64,000 nucleotides of DNA, taken from Candidatus Levyibacteriota bacterium (GTDB lineage: Bacteria; Patescibacteriota; Microgenomatia; Levybacterales; UBA12049). Made by a program: the position numbers and the translations under genes. The notes beneath the pieces are model-generated. The model searched no databases. It was not told the DNA's origin and was given only the letters and a program-made list of their open reading frames with translations. Positions 41,152 through 50,934 of this stretch are shown here, in pieces; position 1 is the stretch's first letter; each line of letters starts with the position of its first letter. The stretch spans positions 77,828 through 141,827 of the forward strand of contig DAIDHL010000001.1 in the NCBI GenBank assembly GCA_027459745.1. Direction: 5' to 3'.

Positions 41152-41909
41152 TGTATGGATTGACAATTTTTCCCATCAAAGATGTTGCTGATATTAAGAC
41201 AGGTGATTCATTAGCAGAAATTATTTATGTTGGTATTAAAAAACAAAATATGGATTTGTGTAATGAAGATATAATAGTTATTACACAAAAAATCGTATCC
41301 AAGTCTGAAGGGAAGTTAATTAATTTAAGGACCATCACTCCCTCTGAATTTGCTAAACAAATTGCTGCCAAAGCCAATAAAGATCCTCGGCATATTGAAG
41401 TAATCCTGCAGCAAAGTAAAAGAATAGTACGTATGGATCATAATATTTTAATTTGCGAAACTAAGCATGGATTTATCTGTGCAAATGCAGGAGTGGATGC
41501 CTCAAATCTAAATGATTCTGAAACAGTTGCAATTTTGCCAGAAAATCCAGATTTATCTGCTGAAAAATTAAGGGGAAAATTACTAGAATTGAGCAATACC
41601 GATATAAACTTAGCTGTGATTATTACGGATACTTGGGGCAGACCCTGGCGTGAAGGTCAGGTAAATAATGCAATTGGTGTAGCAGGGATGAGATCACTCG
41701 TCGATTATCGTGGTAAGCAAGATACGGCCGGGCAAACTTTACAAGCAACCATGATCGCTGTAGCTGATGAATTAGCTAGTGCAGCCGAGTTAGTAATGGG
41801 CAAAATAGAGAGAATTCCAATAGTTTTGATAAGAGGATACAAGTTTGCATCAGCTGGTAATACAGGTAAAGACTTAATTAGGAGTGCTAGTACCGATATG
41901 TTTCGTTAA
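41148..41909 (+). CDS. cofE: Coenzyme F420-0:L-glutamate ligase
   Basis: TQKIVSKSEG, HGFICANAGVDASN, TDTWGRPWREG, AVADELASAAELVMGK; no nitroreductase domain. Confidence 0.93.
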   Translation: MMYGLTIFPIKDVADIKTGDSLAEIIYVGIKKQNMDLCNEDIIVITQKIVSKSEGKLINLRTITPSEFAKQIAAKANKDPRHIEVILQQSKRIVRMDHNILICETKHGFICANAGVDASNLNDSETVAILPENPDLSAEKLRGKLLELSNTDINLAVIITDTWGRPWREGQVNNAIGVAGMRSLVDYRGKQDTAGQTLQATMIAVADELASAAELVMGKIERIPIVLIRGYKFASAGNTGKDLIRSASTDMFR

Positions 41910-41915
41910 AAGATT

Positions 41916-42833
41916 ATGATTACAGTTTTAGCCGGCGGGGTAGGAGCAGCCAGATTTTTACAAGGAGTATTGAGGGTAGTACCGGAAGATGAATTAGTGA
42001 TCATTGGAAATACCGGTGATGACAAGGAATTTTACGGACTTTATGTCTCGCCAGACTTAGATATTGTGACCTATACTTTGGCAGGAGTGGTTAACGAGAC
42101 TACTGGTTGGGGAATTAAAGATGATTCGTTTTTTACCATGACTCAACTGACTAAAATGGGTTATGATGACTGGTTTAAGATTGGTGATAAAGATTTTGCC
42201 ACACATATTCTACGTACAGATTTATTGAGCCAAGGGAAAACTCTAAGTGAGGTTACTAAAAAAATTTTGCAAGATTATGAGTTAAACTTTAGATTGCTTC
42301 CCATGAGTGATGATCCGATTTCAACACATATAATAACTCCACAAGGCAAAATTCACTTTCAAGAATACATGGTGAAGAATCATACCCAAGATCTAGTGCA
42401 GGGGATTGAGTTTATCGGGTTATCGTCTGCTCGACCGGCGCCAGGGGTTTTGGATGCAATTATGCAGGCTAAAACGATTTTAATTGCCCCCAGTAATCCA
42501 TTAGTGAGCATTGGGAGTATATTAGCAATCTCTGGTATCAAAGACGCGCTTAAATCAACTAAAGCAAAAGTCGTGGCAGTTAGTCCAATTGTTGGCGGCA
42601 TGACGATTAAAGGGCCCGCGGATAAGATGATGAGAGGTATGAATCTGCAGGTATCTGCAATAGGAGTGGCTGAGTATTATAAGGAATTTTTGGATGTAGT
42701 TATTATCGATGAAAAAGATAAAGAGCAACAAGAGGAAATTGAGAAAATAGGCATAAGGGTAAGAATTACAGATACCATTATGAAAGATATAAAAATTAAA
42801 GAATCTATAGCACGAATAGCACTAGAATCGTAA
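41916..42833 (+). CDS. cofD: 2-phospho-L-lactate/PEP transferase
   Basis: LAGGVGAARF, NTGDD, SPDLD, IGDKD, LPMSDD, HFQEY, APSNPLVSIG, KGPADKMM. Confidence 0.95.
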   Translation: MITVLAGGVGAARFLQGVLRVVPEDELVIIGNTGDDKEFYGLYVSPDLDIVTYTLAGVVNETTGWGIKDDSFFTMTQLTKMGYDDWFKIGDKDFATHILRTDLLSQGKTLSEVTKKILQDYELNFRLLPMSDDPISTHIITPQGKIHFQEYMVKNHTQDLVQGIEFIGLSSARPAPGVLDAIMQAKTILIAPSNPLVSIGSILAISGIKDALKSTKAKVVAVSPIVGGMTIKGPADKMMRGMNLQVSAIGVAEYYKEFLDVVIIDEKDKEQQEEIEKIGIRVRITDTIMKDIKIKESIARIALES

Positions 42834-42897
42834 AAGGATCAAACAGAGTTTGTTTGTAAAATGAGGAAGGTTTTAATGAAAGGAGGTGAAAATATGT

Positions 42898-43779
42898 ATG
42901 AAAATAGGGTTACAAATTAATCGCTTTACATGGAAAGGTGGAGATAAAATTATTGGTAATAAGTTGGCAGAAATTGCTACTACGGCTGATAAAGCTGGTT
43001 TTTATAGTATTTGGGTGATGGATCATTTTTTCCAGATTGAACATATTGGAGAACCGCAGGAACCAATGTTGGAAGCATACACAACGTTGGGATATTTGGC
43101 AGGTTTAACCAAAAATGCTAAATTAGGAACAATGGTGACTGGGGTAATTTATCGTCATCCTGCCTTGTTGATAAAAGCAGTTACCACATTAGATGTTCTA
43201 AGCAATGGCAGAGCCTATATGGGTATTGGTGCAGCCTGGAACGAACAAGAATCAACAGCTTTAGGTTTTTCTTTTCCTCCTTTGAAAGAAAGGTTTGAAC
43301 GATTGGAAGATGCATTGCAAATGGCTTTGAGAATGTGGAAGGGGGATGATAAGGAATTTGCAGGAAAGCATGTGCATGCTCAATGGCCGATGAATCATCC
43401 ACAGGCAATTTCCCAACCACATCCAACCATTCTGATTGGCGGAGGTGGAGAACAAAAAACATTAAAACTGGTAGCCAAATACGCCGATGCATGTAATTTA
43501 TTTGCCAGAGCAGGAGACGAAGAATTAAAACACAAGATCGATGTTCTAAAAAAACATTGTCAGGATGTAGGACGTGATTTTAACGAAATTGAAATTACTG
43601 TATTAGAACAAGTCAGACCGGCAGATGGTAAAATAGATGCTCAAGAAGCGATCGAGAAATGCAAACATTTGAAGGAGTTTGGCGTAAGTCATGTTATCTT
43701 TGGCATTCGTAACGTAGAAGATATTAAGCCTTTAAATGTTTTTGGCGAAAAAATTATTCCGGAGGTGAGTAATTTATAA
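42898..43779 (+). CDS. F420-dependent LLM-class oxidoreductase
   Basis: WVMDHFFQI, PMLEAYTTLGYLA, GIGAAW, IGGGGE.KTL.LVAKYADACN; strong SD before ATG 42898. Confidence 0.88.
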   Translation: MKIGLQINRFTWKGGDKIIGNKLAEIATTADKAGFYSIWVMDHFFQIEHIGEPQEPMLEAYTTLGYLAGLTKNAKLGTMVTGVIYRHPALLIKAVTTLDVLSNGRAYMGIGAAWNEQESTALGFSFPPLKERFERLEDALQMALRMWKGDDKEFAGKHVHAQWPMNHPQAISQPHPTILIGGGGEQKTLKLVAKYADACNLFARAGDEELKHKIDVLKKHCQDVGRDFNEIEITVLEQVRPADGKIDAQEAIEKCKHLKEFGVSHVIFGIRNVEDIKPLNVFGEKIIPEVSNL

Positions 43780-43792
43780 ACACAAACAATCT

Positions 43793-43827
43793 CTTATGCC
43801 ATGTTCAATTGATGTGCATGGCATAAG
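43793..43827 (+). terminator. Hairpin closing the F420 cluster
   Basis: CTTATGCCATG-N13-CATGGCATAAG perfect 11-bp stem. Confidence 0.65.
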
Positions 43828-43884
43828 TCTGATTGTCTATGTTGCCAGATTGGAATTATTAAGCTAAGATGTGGAGTTAAGAAC

Positions 43885-44040
43885 ATGAATATTTTTTATA
43901 TTGCCATGAATGCTCTGCTGCTAAAGCATCCTAACATGAAAATTGATATTAAAATTGCATACAATAAGCTAAAAAATAAATCGGCACCCAAAACTGTAGA
44001 AGAGGCCATAAAGATGTTTTATAAGGAAATGGGGGTTTAA
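43885..44040 (+). CDS. Small hypothetical protein (51 aa)
   Basis: MNIFYIAMNALLLKHPN...FYKEMGV; GGAG upstream; below the ORF-track cutoff. Confidence 0.4.
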   Translation: MNIFYIAMNALLLKHPNMKIDIKIAYNKLKNKSAPKTVEEAIKMFYKEMGV

Positions 44041-44110
44041 GGAAGAGGGAAAGGTTAAAGGAAACAGAGATTATTGTTCGAGCATTAGCAAGAAATATAT
44101 TTTTTACTTC

Positions 44111-44548
44111 TCACTGCGTTCTAAGAATATTATATACTTTAAAATATTCTTCCAGGGCTTGAAAATATCTACTTCCATCATCTAATTTTCGATAGTTATC
44201 TTTATTAACCCATTCAAAATCTGTATGTTCACTGCTTAATTCGACTTCACCAGAAATATAGTCACAAATATATCCTACAATGAATATTTCTCCTTGAGAA
44301 TATTTATCTGTAGTCCAATCATTGGTCCAGGTAGTAAATGCATTCCCTACTTTAATTTCCAAACTTGTCTCCTCTCGTACTTCTCGCTGCAGGGCTTCTG
44401 CTAAGTTTGTTTCTCCCACATTTATCTTACCTCCAGGAAAATCCAGGCCTGTTGCTCCAGCGCGATCAGCAGAAGTCATAACCAAGACTTGATTTTCTTT
44501 ACGTAAAAACGCTTTTTGCCCGACATAAAATTTCATCTCATCAGTCAT
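44111..44548 (-). CDS. NUDIX hydrolase
   Basis: DFPGGKINVGETNLAEALQREVREET, SSEH. Confidence 0.9.
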   Translation of the reverse strand: MTDEMKFYVGQKAFLRKENQVLVMTSADRAGATGLDFPGGKINVGETNLAEALQREVREETSLEIKVGNAFTTWTNDWTTDKYSQGEIFIVGYICDYISGEVELSSEHTDFEWVNKDNYRKLDDGSRYFQALEEYFKVYNILRTQ

Positions 44549-44574
44549 ATTTACATATTATCATATTTATGTCA

Positions 44575-44612
44575 CCCCCTCCCTTAATTCCTCCCTCTAA
44601 GGGGGAGGGGAA
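44575..44612. repeat. GC-rich REP-like palindrome
   Basis: CCCCCTCCCTTAATTCCTCCCTCTAAGGGGGAGGGGAA in an AT-rich intergenic region. Confidence 0.55.
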
Positions 44613-44657
44613 GATATTTGCTTGATGAAGAAAGTGATTTAAGCTACAATTGAAGCT

Positions 44658-47489
44658 ATGAGTTTTAAACCAGTTGATCCCAAGGTTACCTTACCAGAGT
44701 TAGAAGAAAAGACTTTGCAGTACTGGAAAGAAAATAAAACTTTTGAAAAGTCGGTTAATCAACGACCGAAGGATAAACGTTGGACTTTTTTGGATGGCCC
44801 ACCTTTTGTTACCGGCATGCCTCATTATGGTTCACTACTTTCCAGTTTGCCTAAAGATTTGTTTGGCCGTTATTGGACAATGAAGGGTTATCATGTGCGT
44901 CGTGTTTGGGGTTGGGATGGTCATGGCTTGCCAATTGAAAATAAAGTTGAGGGAGAATTAAACATTCAACGAAAAAAAGACATTGAAGAAAAAATCGGCA
45001 TAAGGGTTTTTATCGAGCGCTGTTTGCATTATGTCAATCAAGTTTCTGGTGAATGGGAATGGTATGTCGATCACGTTGGTCGTTGGGTGGATTTTAAGCA
45101 TGCATACAAAACATGGGATTTGCCATACATGGAATCAGTGATGTGGGTTTTTAAGCAAATGTATGATAAAGGTTTTATTTATAAGGGATTGAGAGTCTCA
45201 TTATATTGTCCTCATTGTTCAACACCAATTTCAAATTTTGAAGTAGCCATGGATGCCGAAAATCATAAAGAAATGCCTGATTTGGCTGCGACTTATAAAT
45301 ATAAGTTAGTTGATGAAGAGAATACATATATATTAGCTTGGTCGACTACTCCCTGGAATAAAATTGTCACACCAGCGTTGGCAGTTAATCCTAAATTTAC
45401 ATATATTAAGATAAAGCAAGGTGACGAGTATTATATTTTGGCCAAAACTACTCTCAAAATGCTCAGAGAAGAGCCTAAATATGAAATAGTCGAAGAAATT
45501 AAAGGTTCTGATTTGGTAGGCAAAAAATTTGAACCGCATTATGATTACTATAAAAATGACATAGCTGCTGGTGAAAAAGCGTTTGAAATTATTCCTGGTG
45601 ATTTTGTCACAGCGGAAGAGGGAACAGGGGTAGTTACCATTGCCGCCTATGGTGAAGAAGATTTAGTGGTCATGAAAGAACAAAACGTGCATATCGAAAT
45701 GCATGTAGATGAAGAGGGCAATATCAAACCTAATGTGCCAAAATTTGGCGGCATGTATTATCTTAAATCCAATAAGTTCGTCAATGAAGATTTGCGTGAA
45801 AGAGGGTTAATTTATCAGGAATTTGACTACAAGCATGTAGTGCCATTGTGTTGGCGTTGTCATACTCGCTTATATTATGCTCCACAAAATGCCTGGTATG
45901 TGGACGTTAAGACTTTAAAACCGTTAATGAAAGAAACGAACGAACAAGTTAATTGGTTCCCTCAGCATTTTAAATATGGTAGGTTTATCAAAAGTTTGGA
46001 ATTTGCCCCTGATTGGAATATCTCACGCAATCGTTATTGGGGTAGTCCTGTACCAGTTTGGGAATGTGAATGTTGTGAAAGGTTTGTTCCAGGATCGATT
46101 AAAGAGTTAGAAGAAGCTTCAGGTCAAAAAATTACATCTTTACATAAACCAGAAATAGATGAAGTAAAAGTTAAATGTCCAAAGTGTGAAAAAACCATGC
46201 AGCGTACTCCAGAAGTATTAGACAGTTGGATAGAAGCCGGTTCAGCTTCATTTGCCGAAAGACATTATCCTTTTAATCAATCAGAAAAATTGGAAGATTT
46301 CTTCCCGCCTGATTTTATTGCCGAATATACGGGCCAAATCCGAGCCTGGTTTTATGTGTTGCATGTGATCGGTGCAGCTTTGTATAAATCAATTGCTTTT
46401 AAAAATGTGCTAGTTGAGGGGGTAATTTTGGGTACGGATGGTAGAAAAATGAGCAAAAACTTCAAAAATTATCCAGATCCTAAAGAAATGCTGCAAAAAT
46501 ATGGCGGTGACGCTTTGCGTTTATATCTTCTGGGTAGTCCGGTGATGGAAGGTGAAGATATTTTGATTTCCGAAGAACAATATCGTAATCAAGTGCGCGG
46601 AACATTATTGATTCTGTGGAATGTGTACAACTTTTTTGTCACATACGCGAATATTGATGGGTGCGACGTAAGTAAAAAACAAAAGACAACAAGTAAAAAT
46701 ATTTTGGATGAGTGGATCATGAGTTTGTTAAATAAATTAGTCCTAGATGTTACTGAAAGTTTGGATGGTTATAATACCATGCAGTCCATCGAATATCTGA
46801 AAAAGTTTATTGATGAATTCTCAACTTGGTACATCAGGCGTTCAAGAGATCGTGTTGGTCCTTCTGCCACCAATCAAGAAGACAAAAACGCGTTTTATAA
46901 TACTTGCTGGGAAGTATTAGCCTCAGTTTGTCAATTACTTGCGCCTATCGCACCATTTATTTCCGAAGAGATCTATAGAAATTTGACTACTGAAGAATCA
47001 GTTCATTTATCTGATTGGCCCACAGCGGGGGAAGTTAATGAAGATCTAATCGAGCAAATGAAATTTGTACGCAAGATTGTAGAGAGTGGATTAGCACAAC
47101 GCAAAGAGAAACAAATTAAAGTTCGTCAACCATTAGCCAAACTTACAATTTTATTGGGTAAAGACGCTGTTAAATTTAAAGACGAAATGGATTTTTTGAT
47201 CAAAGATGAGCTGAACCTTAAAGAGATAGTTTTCGAAAAGGGATCTGATGCGGAAGAAACTAGAGTAGAATTGGATGCATATATTACACCCGAACTTAAA
47301 GCTGAGGGTGAAGCGAGAGGTATTGTGCGCCAAATTCAAGAAGAAAGAAAAAGACTTGGCACGAAACTGGATGAAAAAGTAAACGTGACTTTACCGGAGT
47401 GGCCAGAAGCATTTATAGATTATATTAAACAAAATGCCTTGGTAGAAAAATTAGAAAAAGGTGAAAGTTTGGTGATCACGAAAATTTAA
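44658..47489 (+). CDS. ileS: Isoleucine--tRNA ligase, type 2
   Basis: DGPPF, HYGS, GWDGHGLPIE, DWNISRNRYWG, KMSK, WYIRRSR, type-2 C-terminus (ITPELKAEG.AR). Confidence 0.95.
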   Translation: MSFKPVDPKVTLPELEEKTLQYWKENKTFEKSVNQRPKDKRWTFLDGPPFVTGMPHYGSLLSSLPKDLFGRYWTMKGYHVRRVWGWDGHGLPIENKVEGELNIQRKKDIEEKIGIRVFIERCLHYVNQVSGEWEWYVDHVGRWVDFKHAYKTWDLPYMESVMWVFKQMYDKGFIYKGLRVSLYCPHCSTPISNFEVAMDAENHKEMPDLAATYKYKLVDEENTYILAWSTTPWNKIVTPALAVNPKFTYIKIKQGDEYYILAKTTLKMLREEPKYEIVEEIKGSDLVGKKFEPHYDYYKNDIAAGEKAFEIIPGDFVTAEEGTGVVTIAAYGEEDLVVMKEQNVHIEMHVDEEGNIKPNVPKFGGMYYLKSNKFVNEDLRERGLIYQEFDYKHVVPLCWRCHTRLYYAPQNAWYVDVKTLKPLMKETNEQVNWFPQHFKYGRFIKSLEFAPDWNISRNRYWGSPVPVWECECCERFVPGSIKELEEASGQKITSLHKPEIDEVKVKCPKCEKTMQRTPEVLDSWIEAGSASFAERHYPFNQSEKLEDFFPPDFIAEYTGQIRAWFYVLHVIGAALYKSIAFKNVLVEGVILGTDGRKMSKNFKNYPDPKEMLQKYGGDALRLYLLGSPVMEGEDILISEEQYRNQVRGTLLILWNVYNFFVTYANIDGCDVSKKQKTTSKNILDEWIMSLLNKLVLDVTESLDGYNTMQSIEYLKKFIDEFSTWYIRRSRDRVGPSATNQEDKNAFYNTCWEVLASVCQLLAPIAPFISEEIYRNLTTEESVHLSDWPTAGEVNEDLIEQMKFVRKIVESGLAQRKEKQIKVRQPLAKLTILLGKDAVKFKDEMDFLIKDELNLKEIVFEKGSDAEETRVELDAYITPELKAEGEARGIVRQIQEERKRLGTKLDEKVNVTLPEWPEAFIDYIKQNALVEKLEKGESLVITKI

Positions 47490-47595
47490 ATTATAGAGTT
47501 AGAATCAAAGAGCATTTTTCTAGCCGGAGTGAGGACTAAAATGTTTCTACTTCTCACCTTAAGCGCGAAGAATATATGTACATGTTATCCCTGCT

Positions 47596-48675
47596 ATGAA
47601 AAGACACTTCTTTTTTGTTGACTGGTGGTTATTTATACCCATGTTGGTTTTGCTGACTTTTAGCTTGATTATCATGTCATCTATCAGCATGGAATTGTTT
47701 AAATCACAGTTACTTTCTGCAATTTTAGTTGTAATAATTTACTTTATTTCAGCTAACCTATCATTTAGCGGGCTTAAATCTCTAGCATTCCCAATCTATA
47801 TTTTTTCATTGATCGTATTAGGCGTGGTTCTTTTTCTGGGTATTGAAAGCCATGGGGCTGTGAGATGGGTAAGTTTGTTTGGTGCTAGTATTCAATTCTC
47901 AGAAATATGCAAACCATTGTTAGTATTGGCAATGGCTACTTTCTTGTCTCAACATGCAAATACAGAAGGAAAGTACTTTTTTTTCGCTTTAGGATTGCTT
48001 CTACCAATACTCATGTTTATTTATTTACAACCAGATTTAGGAGATGCGATCATTTATTTAGCCGTAGTTCTCTTTGTGCTTATAATGTATGGATATAGCC
48101 TAAAGTGGTTTTTAATTTCTAGTCTTCCTATTTTGATAGCTTTACCCTTGTTCTGGGCTAAATTGCATGATTATCAGAGACAACGTATTTTAACATTTTT
48201 ACATCCATCTTCAGCTAGCACTGCAGCTTCATATAACTCTATTCAGGCTCTGATAGCAGTTGGATCAGGAATGTTGTGGGGTAAGGGTTTAAGCGGAGGA
48301 ACACAATCCAGTCTGCGTTTTTTGCCTGAAAGACATAGTGACTTCATTTTTGCGACTTTAACAGAGGAATTAGGATTCATTGGAGGGGCAATTATAATTT
48401 TGACCTATCTTTTTATTCTTTATCGCATGTATATTCTTTTTAAGTCGACTGAGGATGCATATGCGAGGCTATTTATATCGGGCGCTTTTGGATTGTTACT
48501 TATTCATGTCTTTTTAAATATAGGTATGAACATAGGCTTGGTGCCTATTGTTGGAGTTACTCTGCCATTTATATCTTTTGGAGGAAGTTCGCTTATTGCT
48601 AATGGACTACTCTTGGGTTTAGCCTCAGCTATCGCCAAGAATGCACGTAATAAGGAAGTCTTGGAAATTAGCTAG
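47596..48675 (+). CDS. rodA: SEDS protein RodA
   Basis: QFSEICK, QPDLG, YQRQRI, FLPERHSDFIF, VGVTLPFISFGGS. Confidence 0.88.
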   Translation: MKRHFFFVDWWLFIPMLVLLTFSLIIMSSISMELFKSQLLSAILVVIIYFISANLSFSGLKSLAFPIYIFSLIVLGVVLFLGIESHGAVRWVSLFGASIQFSEICKPLLVLAMATFLSQHANTEGKYFFFALGLLLPILMFIYLQPDLGDAIIYLAVVLFVLIMYGYSLKWFLISSLPILIALPLFWAKLHDYQRQRILTFLHPSSASTAASYNSIQALIAVGSGMLWGKGLSGGTQSSLRFLPERHSDFIFATLTEELGFIGGAIIILTYLFILYRMYILFKSTEDAYARLFISGAFGLLLIHVFLNIGMNIGLVPIVGVTLPFISFGGSSLIANGLLLGLASAIAKNARNKEVLEIS

Positions 48676-48702
48676 CAATTTGATATAATTAAGCAACTAT
48701 TT

Positions 48703-49080
48703 ATGAAATACGCAGTCGTACGTACCGGTGGAAAACAATATAGAGTAGCAGAAGGTGAATCAATAAGAGTAGAACATATTGATCAGGAACCTAATTCTGA
48801 ATTCATTTTCCCAGAAGTTTTATTGGTAAATGATGAAGGCAAAGTTACATTAGGAACACCTTTAGTTAAGGATTTTCCTGTTAAAGCTACTTTGGTTGCT
48901 CATGTTAAAGGTGAAAAGTTGAGAATTTCTAAATTTAAATCAAAAGTCCGTTATCGCAAAGTTATCGGACACCGTCAATCTTTATCCGAAATTAAAATTA
49001 CCACTATTGGTGATACTAAAGCGGCCAAAGTTGAAGAAAAAGACACAAGGACTGCCAAGCCAAAGACAAAAAAAGTATAA
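48703..49080 (+). CDS. rplU: 50S ribosomal protein L21
   Basis: YAVVRTGGKQYRV, GHRQ. Confidence 0.97.
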   Translation: MKYAVVRTGGKQYRVAEGESIRVEHIDQEPNSEFIFPEVLLVNDEGKVTLGTPLVKDFPVKATLVAHVKGEKLRISKFKSKVRYRKVIGHRQSLSEIKITTIGDTKAAKVEEKDTRTAKPKTKKV

Positions 49081-49148
49081 GTTAAATAATACTATTGACA
49101 TTTGTGAAAAATTTCACTAAACTGAATTAGTTTTCACAAGATAAAACT

Positions 49149-49403
49149 ATGGCACATACAAAAGCACAAGGTTCAGTAAAAGGAAATAGAGATTCAATTG
49201 CAAAGCGCTTAGGCGTGAAAAAATATGGTGGTGATGAAGTCATTCCAGGGAATATTATTATTCGTCAGAGGGGTAGTCAATTTTTTCCTGGTGATGGTGT
49301 AAAAATGGGTCATGATTTTACTCTATATGCAGTTAAACAAGGAATTGTTAATTTTGCCCAACATAAAGGCAAGCAGGTCGTAGAAATAATTCATGGAAAA
49401 TAA
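49149..49403 (+). CDS. rpmA: 50S ribosomal protein L27
   Basis: [29 protein letters not shown]. Confidence 0.97.
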   Translation: MAHTKAQGSVKGNRDSIAKRLGVKKYGGDEVIPGNIIIRQRGSQFFPGDGVKMGHDFTLYAVKQGIVNFAQHKGKQVVEIIHGK

Positions 49404-50205
49404 TATAATTGAGTTAGAAATCAATCAACTTCAATCTAATCCTTTGCAGCCTCGTGGAGTTATTACTCAAGAATCTCTTTCAGATTTAGTAGAGTCAATT
49501 CGGGAACAAGGTGTATTGCAGCCAATCGTAGTTGCACAAACGCCCGCCGGATATCAAATTATCGCTGGAGAAAGACGTTGGAGAGCGTCACGTTTGGCAG
49601 GTTTGACTAAAGTTCCAGTTGTAGTAAAAGTTACGACACCCCAGGGAATGTTAGAAATGGCTATCGTTGAAAACGTACAACGTGAAGATCTTAATCCGAT
49701 TGAAAAGGCTTTAGCTTATAAAAGATTAATTGATGAATTCGGGTTGGGAACTAACGAAGTGGCCAAAAGAGTAGGTAAAAGCGCTCCTGCTGTATCTAAT
49801 ACCATCCGTTTATTATCACTTCCAGATGCTATCAAGGATGCGTTAGTTGCTGGAGTGATTACTGAAGGACATGTCAGACCATTAATTTCATTAGGCGATC
49901 AAAAGCTAATGCTTGAAGTCTTTAAAAGGATTTTAAGAGAAAATGCTACTGTTCGCCAGACAGAAGAGATTGCCCGTAAGATAAAGGGTGAAGTGCAAAA
50001 GAAAGAGCCACATGAGGCTAAGGATAAACTATGGATTCCAGAACAAGACGCAATGGCTGAAGAAATTAAGGCTAAATATGAATTTAACAAAGTAAAAATA
50101 GAGCAGTCAAGTAAGCTGGCCAGAATTGTTATTGAAGTAAAAGGTGACTTAGAAAAAACTGGTGAAGCAGTCAAAAGAATCCACAAAATACTTCTTGAAG
50201 CCTAG
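49393..50205 (+). CDS. parB: ParB/Spo0J partition protein
   Basis: [31 protein letters not shown]. Confidence 0.93.
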   Translation: MENNIIELEINQLQSNPLQPRGVITQESLSDLVESIREQGVLQPIVVAQTPAGYQIIAGERRWRASRLAGLTKVPVVVKVTTPQGMLEMAIVENVQREDLNPIEKALAYKRLIDEFGLGTNEVAKRVGKSAPAVSNTIRLLSLPDAIKDALVAGVITEGHVRPLISLGDQKLMLEVFKRILRENATVRQTEEIARKIKGEVQKKEPHEAKDKLWIPEQDAMAEEIKAKYEFNKVKIEQSSKLARIVIEVKGDLEKTGEAVKRIHKILLEA

Positions 50206-50298
50206 TATTAAACCTATTGGAATTTCCCCACGTGTTATAAAATCTAAAGTGTTAACTTTTTTGCTAATATCTGAAAATAAATCGTAATTGAGGAACAA

Positions 50299-50865
50299 CT
50301 AAGACTTATTGAAGGGATTTGTGATAAATTGCATTCTGTTTGTAGGCCAGTATACTAAGAACGATTTACCTATAACGGCTCCGAAGCTTACATAGCCCCA
50401 TTCGCGTGAATCAGAGCTTTCTGGTCTATTATCCCCCAGTACAAAATAGTTCCCTTGAGGGACGGTAATCGTTACACCTTCTCTTAAAAAAGCACCTCCA
50501 TACGTTTTAACTGTAGGTTTAAGATAACTAGATTCATTATATAGTTTTCCGTCTTCATAAACATTCCCATCTTTAAGCATGATAGTATCACCTGGAAGTC
50601 CCACAATGCGCTTAATATAATCCTTTGAAGGATCATCAGGTGCAATAAAAACAATAACATCTCCTCGTTTAAGAGGAGATAGTTTGAGTGAGATTATACT
50701 TGTGAGAATATATTCTTTATCATGAAAGTTTGGGTACATAGACAAACCGCTAACTTGAAAGGGACGAAAGATAAATAAATAAACGACCAAAAAGATGGAA
50801 GCAGCTAGAAGAATAGTTTGAAAACTATCGATGAGGAAAGCCCATATTTTTTTCAAAATTTCCAT
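50299..50865 (-). CDS. lepB: Signal peptidase I
   Basis: VSGLSMYPNF, YIKRIVGLPGD, GDNR..SSDSR; start refined to 50865. Confidence 0.93.
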   Translation of the reverse strand: MEILKKIWAFLIDSFQTILLAASIFLVVYLFIFRPFQVSGLSMYPNFHDKEYILTSIISLKLSPLKRGDVIVFIAPDDPSKDYIKRIVGLPGDTIMLKDGNVYEDGKLYNESSYLKPTVKTYGGAFLREGVTITVPQGNYFVLGDNRPESSDSREWGYVSFGAVIGKSFLVYWPTNRMQFITNPFNKS

Positions 50866-50934
50866 TAACATATTATCGAGAATAGGCACGTGTTTGTCAA
50901 CCGTAAGAAAAGTTGTTAAAATACTGGTTGAAAT

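Noticed and set aside
50220-50900. CACGTG cores near parB as possible parS sites
   Set aside because: Flanks do not match TGTTTCACGTGAAACA
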